Part shown: positions 27,201 through 37,258 of the stretch, piece by piece
Layout: each line of letters opens with the position of its first letter
How positions within the stretch are numbered: the first letter of the stretch is position 1
Source of the DNA: Aplysia californica
Taxonomy: Eukaryota
Assembly: GCF_000002075.1 (NCBI RefSeq)
Contig: NW_004797421.1
Coordinates: 1,205,735-1,269,734, forward strand
Length of the DNA: 64,000 nt
Reading direction: 5' to 3'
The notes under the pieces: model-generated
The model's database searches: none
Told to the model about the DNA's origin: nothing
What the model saw: the letters and a program-made list of their open reading frames with translations, nothing else
Position numbers and translations under genes: made by a program

Positions 27201-30200
27201 GGGGAGCTAGAATAGGTGACAAAATGGGGAGCTAGAATAGACGACAAAATGGGGAGCTAGAATAGATGACAAAATGGGGAGCTAGAATAGACGACAAAAG
27301 GGGGGGCTAAAATAGGCGACAAAAGGGGGAGCTAGAATAGACGACAAAATGGGGAGCTAGAATAGGTGACAAAAGGGGGAGCTAGAATAGGTGACAAAAG
27401 GGGGAGCTAGAATAGGTGACAAAATGGGGAGCTAAAATAGACGACAAAAGGGGGAGCTAAAATAGGCGACAAAAGGGGGAGCTAGAATAGGTGACAAAAG
27501 GGGGAGCTAGAATAGGTGACAAAAGTGGTAGCTAGAATAGGGGACAAAAGCAGGATCTGGAATAGAGGATTAAACGACAAAAGAGGGAGCTAAAATAGGC
27601 GACAAAATGGGGAGCTAGAAGAGGCGACAAAAGATATTTACAAAACAAATTAATTACATAATCAAATACTAACAACATCGTGGTTCTGAAATATCACTGT
27701 AACTACTTATTTACATCCACTTAGTCAATGATAGTCCGCTACGAATAAGATCCCTAACATGGCACCCGAAAAAGGGACACGAGACAAAAAAACAACAATA
27801 AAAAACCCAACCAAATGAATCTGAATCATCTATGAATGCTTCCTCAGTATGATCATTTTATCTGTGTTCATTGTCTGTGATTCTAATTGTTTTCAGAAGG
27901 CATTGGTATAGAAGCTCCAAAAGTAACTTAGCCACTCGAAAAACTTTTCACAATCATTGAGGAAAGACAAAATCCAACACTATCTTCAGCATCATCTTTC
28001 AGAAAAGAGAAACAGTCTAATAGTTTTTCTTCAAGTGTCAGATTTGAACCAGACAATCATGGTCTGACATTTATTTCTCTGTTCAAATGTTTTCTAAAGA
28101 AAACAACATATATATCTTGATCTTTCCCCGACAACCATCTATTCAAGTTCTCTAAGTAAATTATTCTCGGTCTACCTCTGCCTCTTTAACAACTATTTTT
28201 TTCATGAGAGTAAGATGTTCAAGACTTTCTATCGATTCAAGTGTTCTTGGACATGAATTTACCCCTTCCCAATTTGTTTTTGATTTTTGACTGTCTCATG
28301 CAGGGTTTTTTCTTTTCGTACCACTCCATCCATATCCTATCACAAACCTTTGATAATTTTATCCAGTCCCTGGACGTCCTGAGGAGAGATGACGGGTCGT
28401 GTCCCAGGAAGTTTGACCATCTCCCGCAGCTCCTTGATGGTGAAGGCCACCTGCAGCGGCCCGCGGCGGCCCACCAAGTGAACACGCTTCACTTTGCTTC
28501 TCCGCAGACAGTCCAGAGCATGCTCCGATATGTCTGTTTTCTGACAGACGAAATAAAACACACTCAGTTGTATTTTCTTTATCAAAGATCATTAAGGTAG
28601 TTTTTGTTTTAGTAGAGGTTTTACGGTGCTCGCAACTGCATAAGGTCATAAGAGCGCCAGAAGATTAGAAGTGCTACAAGAGAGTAACAAACATAAAAAA
28701 AGAAGTAGGAGAGATAAGGATGATAGATAAGCAAACCACACCAGAGCACCCGCCAACCAGTGAGGTAGTGAGGTATCTACAAAACAGTTCATGAAAAAAT
28801 CTAAGAAAATGAAGATCTCATACAGCAATAAAACAAAACCAGAACACGTCATACTGAGGAGATTACAAGACTATAATTTATACTATCAGCCTGTTTGTTT
28901 GTCTGAATAATAGTAACTCATAAACAGACTGACAGGATTACAGTAAAACCTGATAACACAGTAGGAAGACATGGAAGAAAAAAGCAGAACAGTGGCAAAC
29001 TCTAGGTGTGTGATTCCCAAGCTTCTGCTTTGTCTTATAGTCAAGTGTACTCTCACAGCAATGGTGTCCTCTATGAAGGTGAACAGCTGGAAAACAATCA
29101 AGTCAATCACTTTCAAAAAGATAAACTAAGACAAATTGTGTCTGTGCAAAGAATATGCAGCCTGTAAGAAGATTAGTATTTAATTTAGTTCATTATAAGA
29201 AAATACACCTGTCAAAACACTAATTTTTCCAATTTACCCACGTATGACTTTTTCCTCTCATTGGCACTCAAAAACCTAGGAGCATATAAACATAAATACA
29301 AACAAACACACAGTATTTTTTTTAAAAATCCAAACCTCGAGCATGTTGATGGGAGTGAGTAAAATCCTGGCCACATCCAGCGCCACATTGCCATGCCCCA
29401 GAACAACGGCTGACTCACAGTCCAGGTTCACTGGCAACTGAAAACGTTGAAGAAAATATAATTGTGGTTTGATTTCTATCATCAAACAAGTTATCCACAG
29501 CTGCAAAGAGAGAGGTTGAGTTTTTGTACGAGAAAAAAAAAAAGAACCAAACCGGACCGAACATACCCCTAGTAAGAAAATCTAGCTACTGCCCTATTAT
29601 GTTTCCAAACAAATAACTATTGAATCCAACACAAGTTCTGGAAAACAAATAACAAATCATGAAAACTTATTGATCAGTTTTCAAGCTTTCAGGAGCATAA
29701 ACCTAGCATCAACATTATGACTAATAGCGGTACATAACATAGTCCGTTGTTTGAAGGAAAAACTTGTTTGTGTGAATATGAATCAATGTGACATTTATAA
29801 AACATCAAATCTAAGCAAAAATCCAGACATCTATCCATCTCAGATTGGTATTGACATCCCTATAATTAATGAATATGCAAACTTTTACAATGAAGTTGGA
29901 CAAACAATATGAACAGAAGTGACAGTTTAAGAAATGTTATTTTCCAATATGTGACACACAAAATTTTGTCAGACACGAAGTTCTCTATTCACCATTGTGG
30001 ACAAAAGCAACACTGATCCAAAAAGAGAAATAAAAAACAACAAATAAACAAATCATGATAGAAAATAGGTCAAACCAACACACGTCTTTATCCTCAGGAA
30101 GGCCGTTGTACCACCCAACAAACGACTTTGCCGATATCACGTTAGGTAAATCTTCTCCGGGAACCCCCAGTGTCCGGTCTTCTGCTGCCCCGTAACACTG

Positions 30201-33039
30201 AGGAGAACAGTACAGAGGCTCATGAGTCTTGTATGTACACAGTTCGCCTCTCAGTATTAGTTTAGTTTTAGTAGGCCTAGAGGTTTTACGGCGCTCACAA
30301 CTGCATAAGGTCATATGAGCGCCAGAAGATTAGAGGTGTTACAAGAGAGTAACAAACAAAAAAAAGAAGAAGGGGAGATAAGGATGATAGATTTTTTATA
30401 GGAAAGAAGGAGCAAACCACACCAGAGCACCCGCCAACCACCCACACCTCTCAGTCTGAGGTACCGGTTTCAAATCTGTTTTGTACTTGCACAACTACTA
30501 GTAGGACAACACAACCAAAAATAAAATATATAATATTGCTCAATAAATGAATAAAAGTATCAGAACAAGAAGTATTAGGTTATTGGAAAGGCAAGAAACT
30601 ACAGACCTTGAAACACGAAAAAATAAATAAATAAAATTAGTAAATTAATTAAATACATAAATACAAAAATACATAAATAGATAAAGAAAGAAAGAAAGAA
30701 ATCAATCAATCAATCAATAACTCTGAATATCTCTAACATAAGAAAATAATAACAATCACATTACAACCTTTTGCTTCTTCTCTTAAGAATAAAAGTGTAG
30801 AAAATTCAACAGAAGATAAAAATGTCCATTAAAAAGACACGCTCTTTTATAGCACATGATGTTGTACAAGAGTACAATCTGTAGCAATTTCATCAGAATA
30901 TTTCCCTTGCAATGAACTCTACCTGTACTTATAGGATTAACAATATTTTTAGCAGTACATGACTATCAAGTATCAGCTGCTAAGAATAAAGATTTGATTT
31001 ACTTACCAATATAACGGCAGAGTAAGCATTTCGAAGCTCTTGCAGAGAGACATCCCTACCAACTTCTATGTTACCCAAGAAATTGCATCTCTCATTCTGA
31101 GCAGTTTGGGTAAAAGTGTGAATAACGTTCTGAAATTGTAGACAGATTGATAAATAACATGAAGAACATGCTACTGCCAAATAAATGTCTTACTCTTACT
31201 CTTATTTTTTCCCTAAAATTCCTGTATAATCTTTTCATTGTCAGCCACTTTTTCAACAATTTCAGTGTGATGAAGTTGGTACATCATTTTCCAGAATGAG
31301 CCAGTTATCGAGGATATCATCACTGTTGCAGGAAGAACAAGTAATTTCGATGGTTTCTGCTAACTCTGTTAAGCAAGGTGAAACAAACTTACTCTTTTTT
31401 CAACAGTGATCATGTACATTTCTACTCAGCAATAAATTTTCTCTCCTGCATTTAAAAAATGTTTAATAATAAGAGCACAGAGACTGCGTCAAGAATAACC
31501 TAAGAACACCATCGAAATGTTAAGATAATTTTACTGTCAGTATATACACTTAAAATGATAGAGCAGTCATTGTTTTTTAGTACTAAAGATTCATGTTCTT
31601 TCTATCCTTCTATGGGTAAGGGGAAGACCGCTATACCCTAGACACATCCAGTGATGAACAAGAATCTTGAATGAATGTAAGACTAAGTCGTAAGACTACA
31701 ACAATCATGAAAGTAAGACTAAGTAAGACTACAAGAATCATGAATGCAAGACTAAGTAAGACTACAAGAATCATAAATGTAAGACTAAGTAAGACTACAA
31801 GAATCATGAATGTAAGACCACATGAACCACAAATGTTAAGATGACACAAATTATAAATGGTATATTCGGTGCCCATAGGAGGATCTGTTCAGTTCGGCTT
31901 AGTTTGGTTTCTGGTTGCTTCAGTGCACACTATAGATAGACCAACTGCCCAAACCGAAACAAGCAGCCATGAAAACAAAAGAATTTGTTATAGAAGGTCA
32001 TCATTGGTTTTGTCAGTTTTGCCCCTCCCGTCAGTTTCGCACTCCCATGTGGGACAATCCGGCTAACCCAAAACCGAACTGAACCGATGAGGCCAAAGGG
32101 CCCCGCCAATAAGACCACACAAACCATAAATGTTAGATGATACCAACAGTACCTTAACTTCAGGGTGATCAGGGGCCACACCGTATCTCACCAAGCCAAA
32201 GGGAACAGGAAGTTTTTCATACACATCTACGACAAGACCAGGGTCACCCTGCAAGATTTACATAAACATGGAGGTTCTTTTTTTGTTTGAGAAAAGAGAA
32301 GCATATAAGGGCACAATTAGTTCATTTACTCATAGCTACAATATGGTCATTTTTTCATATAGCCCAAAGAAAATGACAGACTGAGACAACAGAGAGAAAG
32401 GCAAAAAGTAAGACACACCAGTGGCACCCTCCAACCACTCACAGGGTTGTTTGTCTTGCTAGTTTTTTTTTCTCTCAGTACATGAGTAAACACTACAACA
32501 AACTGTTGGTCAGGGTCATACCCTAAGCCATGGAAGGGCTATCTAGACAAAACACTTTCTGTATATCTAGCCATTTTCTTTTTATACTTTAGTTGTACTA
32601 TAACTATTGCAAGGTTTATTAAAGAACAACAAATTTTGCCTCAGCTGCCAAAAGCAATTTTCAAAAATCATTTTCTTTTCAAGACATCAATATGTTAACT
32701 ATTTATTCATGTTCTGCAAATTTCTGTTGCATACAAGGCAACGTTCAGAGTTTAGGTCTACTTTATTCTAAATATCAATGCTTTAGACACGTTTATCATG
32801 CTAATGCTCACAACAATGTGGAAAATCTTCACCTTGAGCAGCTGCTGTGCTGTGTAGTACCCAGCAGGTCCACTGCCAACAATCGCCACACTGTGCTGTG
32901 GGCCGGACTGGGAGCTGTGTCGCCTGAGTGCAGGGGTCAAAAGTTGCAGGAAACATTTCTCTGGTTGAGACTTGGAGGCACAAACTGAAAACCTCAAGAA
33001 CTTGCCCAGACACAATGTTGCTTTCCTGCGTGCTAACAT
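24293..33039 (-). CDS. FDXR: NADPH:adrenodoxin oxidoreductase, mitochondrial (ferredoxin reductase)
   Basis: 11 coding exons: 33039-32833, 32248-32153, 31129-31007, 30197-30084, 29437-29336, 28540-28348, 27080-26902, 26530-26465, 25928-25820, 25171-25001, 24414-24293. Motifs: [10 protein letters not shown] (FAD), [39 protein letters not shown] (NADP), [41 protein letters not shown]. Arg-rich N-terminal mitochondrial presequence. Confidence 0.96.
25159..25328. repeat. 45-bp tandem repeat (~4 units) spanning the FDXR exon 10 acceptor
   Basis: Unit GTACAGCACAAACCTGACAACATGAGACATTTTAGTCAAATCAAA. Confidence 0.95.
25340..25515. mobile_element. Tigger-like MITE family (related copies ~24048-24215, ~57448-57623, ~21910-22050)
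   Basis: CAGTCGAAC-like...TTCAACTG ends and repeated GGCCACCTGTCTAAGAC motifs shared between copies. Confidence 0.65.
26001..26177 (-). mobile_element. ~175-bp retroposon family, subfamily A, full copy
   Basis: GTGGGTGGTTGGCGG...ACTAAAACTAA, flanked by the 12-bp TSD TAACAAATCTTT. Confidence 0.85.
27105..27632. repeat. 25-bp minisatellite (~21 units) abutting the FDXR exon 7 acceptor
   Basis: Unit GAGCTAGAATAGACGACAAAATGGG. Confidence 0.95.
28602..28760 (-). mobile_element. ~175-bp retroposon family, subfamily B
   Basis: Same consensus with an internal deletion; probable TSD AGGTAGT. Confidence 0.8.
30256..30446 (-). mobile_element. ~175-bp retroposon family, subfamily B, full copy
   Basis: Same consensus; 9-bp TSD CCTCTCAGT. 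Confidence 0.85.
31660..31820. repeat. ~33-bp minisatellite
   Basis: Unit GAATGTAAGACTAAGTAAGACTACAAGAATCAT. Confidence 0.85.
31865..32110. mobile_element. Degenerate MITE with (AACCG)-type subterminal motifs
   Basis: Inverted GTTCAGTTCGG / CCGAACTGAAC and several AACCG/CGGTT motifs. Confidence 0.45.
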
Positions 33040-33364
33040 TTTCAGGGACACCTTCCTTTAACCGCCGTCACTTGTCTTTATTTTACTCCTGCACGGAAGA
33101 GACAACAGTTGCCGAAACAACTTTCAATTAAAAAAGAGCAAGTATTTTTCAAAAGCTTTAAAGAATGTTTATTTATGTCTAGAAAGACTAAGGTTAAATG
33201 CACGTAACAAAAATAAAATTTGTATGAGAAGACTCTCCTGTCTTTCGAAGCAAGACAGCTATCCTTTTATAATATCAAGGCCAAGGCGAACTTACAATCA
33301 CTATTTTCTCAAAGTTACATTTTCCCTGGGGCCACACAGGCCACACCTCTTCTGAGGTGTAAAG

Positions 33365-33543
33365 CTGTCCCCGTCGTTTTACGCAAGAAAAATTCTGACA
33401 TTATGCAAACTGAGCCCAAAAATGTGGAATTAAGCGATTCTGTTAATTTTAACAATGAATGACAAAGGAAAATAACCTGAAATTATGGAAAAAATGATCA
33501 AATTTTGCTAAATTATGCGGGGTGCATAAAACCACTGGGACAG
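33365..33543. mobile_element. ~165-bp MITE, copy 3 of 3
   Basis: Same TIRs and internal sequence as 17513-17680. Confidence 0.8.
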
Positions 33544-34257
33544 ATAATGGTTACTTGTACTTGTAAGCTTTTCATCACTGTAAGTGAAAGATATATGAAT
33601 CGGTATTCCTTTACTTTCCCTCCCATCTCACACTTAGCTACCAGTTGTCCATATCTCCATATATATATTTATATTGATGCCCTGAATATGAATATAATTT
33701 ACTTCATTTCATTCGCAAATGAATAGTTTTAAAATATTTTATGGCTCTTTTTTGGCTCCATACTCTAAAAGTTCAAGAAGAAGGGGAAACAGGAGGCAAG
33801 AAAAAAAGGAAAAAGAAAGAATAAAAGAAAAAAATGAGAGTGAAGAACTTTTTAACGCCCTCACCCGTTTGGTCTGAATAATTTACAACCCTTCTACCGT
33901 CGTGCAAGAGCATTAAATTGTCTCGTGCGCGTGTCTCATTAAATTTGTACACGCTCTCATAATTTATTGTGTGCAGGCAGAGAGTGAGAGGCCAGCCATC
34001 GTTAAGTGTGTAAACAACGAATGGTGCGGCCAGCAGTCGGTTCCACATCTCGCTCCGTAGCGTCAGTAGAGAGCCTTTTTTTTTTTTTACTGGAGAGGCG
34101 GAAAATGTTTTTACATTATTATTTTTCGTTCCCAACAACATGTGGTAAGCCACCAAGGGCCTAGGCGATTTTATCGGCCTGCGAGAGGTCAGGGGGGAGT
34201 CCTCACCTCATGACCACACTGGGGTGGGAATTCTCACCAGGGGGGGTAGGGTGAGAA

Positions 34258-34402
34258 TAGCGAGACATGGGTTATTCTCAACCCGTAGTGAGACATGGGT
34301 TATTCTCACCCCGTAGCGAGACATGGGTTATTCTCACTCCATAGCGAAACATGGGTTATTCTCCCCCCGTAGCGAGACATGGGTTATTCTCACCCCGTAG
34401 CG
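34258..34402. repeat. 28-bp tandem repeat (5 units)
   Basis: Unit TAGCGAGACATGGGTTATTCTCACCCCG. Confidence 0.9.
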
Positions 34403-34514
34403 CTAATTCGTTTCAAACTAGACATCTAGATCTAGAATCTAGTCTAGAATCTAGATCTAACTTTCGAAATAAGTTTTGAGTTAAACTAATAATTACTCAA
34501 CTCAGGACTAGATT

Positions 34515-35017
34515 GTAGTGTTAATGGTGACAGAGTGACGCTGTGACAACTAACGCGGCGTTAATTGCGCACGTAGCTCTTTTACTTTGATGATTAGAAT
34601 CTAACATCATCTAGATCTACCATTTCCGCGTTGCTTTCCAGCACGGTGGTCCTATCTAATCTCCGCCCATCTCCGGCTGACCAGTAAGGCTTTCTAGTGC
34701 AGGCATTCAAATCTTACGACGAATTTGACAAAGCTTTTGCTAAATTTAAAGATGAAAATTTTGTTGCCTTTAGGAAGAAAGTCATCTGAAACAGTTGAGA
34801 AGGCGAACTTAAAGTGTGTGGCAAAAATCCACGAAAAGACTTTCTGTACAGCAGAGGTGACTTTATCTGTACACATTATAGACAGCCAAAATATTGAGAC
34901 AACAAATATTACAACAAAACATTAGCAGCATATAGCAGCAACAAAAACCGCTAGGGGCAACACCAGCAACAACAACAACAACAAGAAAAGAGCTGCGACT
35001 GTCTTTGTTAGTTTGGT

Positions 35018-35053
<36 letters not shown>

Positions 35054-35190
35054 ATGTATGTGTGTTCGCGTGCGCGTAGGCGTATAGTTATAAGGCCATA
35101 TAAGCGTGTGCAGTTTGTGTGTGTGTGCGTATGTGTGTGTCTGTGTGTTTGAGTGTGTGCGCATGTGTATGTACATTTGTATGTGTGTGC

Positions 35191-35278
<88 letters not shown>

Positions 35279-35466
35279 GTATATGAGTATGAGTGTAGTA
35301 TGTGTGTGTGTGTGTGTGCATATTATGTGTGTGTGTGTGTGTGTGCATATTATGTGTGTGTGTGTTACTTTTTTCTTTATAACTTCTTTTTCTGTCACAG
35401 ACTCACTCTGTCGCAATTAACGCCGCGTTAGTTGTCACAGCGTCACTCTGTCGCAAATAACTCTAC
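34515..35466. mobile_element. Non-autonomous TIR element with decayed MULE/ZSWIM3-like N-terminal coding remnant
   Basis: 41-bp perfect inverted repeat (34529-34569 / 35412-35452) that extends imperfectly outward. Internal frameshifted remnant AFKSYDEFDKAFAKFKDENFVAF...SSETVEKAN...LYSRGDFICTHY, plus (TG)n/(GA)n arrays. Confidence 0.7.
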
Positions 35467-35899
35467 CGATATATGTAATGTAGTATGTAGATCCTATACT
35501 ACGTCACTCAGTTAGGTTAGCCTCAAGAATAATGGGTATTATCAGGATTGGGCCACAATAACATAGAAACAAAAACAACATAAGGCTTGTGTGCAACAAT
35601 GAAAATAAAACAGGCCTAGCCTACCAAAAAGCATACCGTTTCTATTAGGTTAAATGAAAGATGTCATCAGATCTTGGCCCCTACTTTCGTTTTCCACCTG
35701 ACCTCTGCTGTGCGTGTGTGAGAGTGCAGCATGTAGGCTTGGCTCAGGCTAGATCTGATTCAGAGATTAGATTTCTCTACTGGACTGATCGAGCTGGCTT
35801 TGCTGATTGCTCAGTCGGCCTATTCAGTGATCGGACTTATGTTTTTGGGTCATGTCAAAGGTCAAAAGTGATTCATAGGTCAAACGTCATTTCTTTTTC

Positions 35900-36156
35900 A
35901 ATTGCTAAAGTTCTATTATAAACCTCAGTCTACATCTGACGTGTGATCAATATTTTTCACACAAAAATTGAGACCTGCAAATAAAATTATTTGGCGGATG
36001 ACAGAATTTGTTCTTTTCATCCTCAATTTCCTCATCGCATTAAAGAAACCGGAAGTCAACTCGAGCGCCATTGGAAAAAGCCGTCGTTGAAGCGAAGGAA
36101 GTTTCCGGCTTTACAGCAGAGAAGAGAAATCGTTTTCTCCGTCATATCAATTCAAG
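35900..36156. promoter_or_regulatory. RhoGDI promoter / non-coding exon 1, probably shared head-to-head with FDXR
   Basis: ACCGGAAGT ETS/GABP site at ~36048, CGCCATT YY1-like motif at ~36066, donor AAG|GTAATA at 36156/36157. The first coding exon of FDXR has an acceptor at 33089-33091, so it needs an upstream non-coding exon. Confidence 0.55.
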
Positions 36157-37258
36157 GTAATAATTGGTGATTCCATTAGTTAAGCACCATTGTATTTTCC
36201 TACTTGAAAGCCACAGTTTTTGTGTTCTAGGCTTAAATATCTATTGTTGCCGTCTAGGCTTTTCCGAGATCATTTAGAATCCAGACGTCTCAAATATATT
36301 CAACTTCCTGAATCATCTTCCTTGAGTCTGAGTTTGAGTTTGAGGGGAGAATCACATTTGACACAAGATTTGATATGTGCTCTGTGATCAGAGGCTTTAG
36401 TATTGCAGTATAATCCATAAAGTCGAAGCAGCTGTAGGTTTATTTTATTATGATTGTTATGTTGTTGTCTTGGATATGAACATTGTTTACAGTTTGGTTG
36501 ATGGAGGGTTAAACTTGGCTACTTTCTTTGAGTGTGAGTCAAGGGGGAGATTCAGTGATGTCACTTAGGAGGCATTATATAATAGATCTAGGCCTAATGT
36601 CATTGCTTATTTGTCTGTGGCCTGAACTGAGGCTTGTATAATGAATATTATTCCATCAGCTAGATTATCATCATTTTGTTAGCCTAATGTTTAGTTGGAT
36701 TTGTCATTATCATAATTTATAAAAGGAGAAAAGCAGCCTCTAGTCTCTAGTCTAGTGCCCCCCCTCGAAACAAAATGTCTGATGTTGACTAAGATACAGC
36801 TCGGCTTGCAGCTCAAATACCTCTCATCGCCCTGTGTTCTTTGGTCGTCTTGGCTTCTTTTTCCCTTTGCATTTGCAGATTCCAGTTTAAAGCTTGCCTT
36901 GTTTGTGATAGTTTCTGTTGGCTTTCAGAGTATGACTTATCTGTCTCCGTTGTCTCTCAGGATTACTTCTTCCAAAGGTTGCTGGTGTGATGTCTGCCAG
37001 AGTTCTAGGTTGCTGATGGTGTCTACCCAGCATATTTTCTGTCTGTTACTCTCTTGTAACACCTCTAATCTTACAGCCCTTATTGTGGTGCAAGTGCCTT
37101 AAAACTCTTACTACCATAACTAGAAAAAGAATCCGAAGACACGTGTTAATGAATGCCTAGATTCTCCTAGTGCTTTTTCTGTGTCTAGTGTCTCCGCTTC
37201 ATGCAGCAGCGCTGGTGTCGCACAGCTGTCAATAATTATGTCTTGTTTGTTCTTGCAG

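Noticed and set aside
27105-27632. Regular 25-bp array resembling a CRISPR array
   Set aside because: Units are contiguous with no unique spacers, there are no cas genes, and it lies in a eukaryotic intron.
34922-35420. ORFs with LSLS/ERER/HTHT runs (also 16409-16741, 26554-26986, 51749-51949)
   Set aside because: Microsatellite translations.
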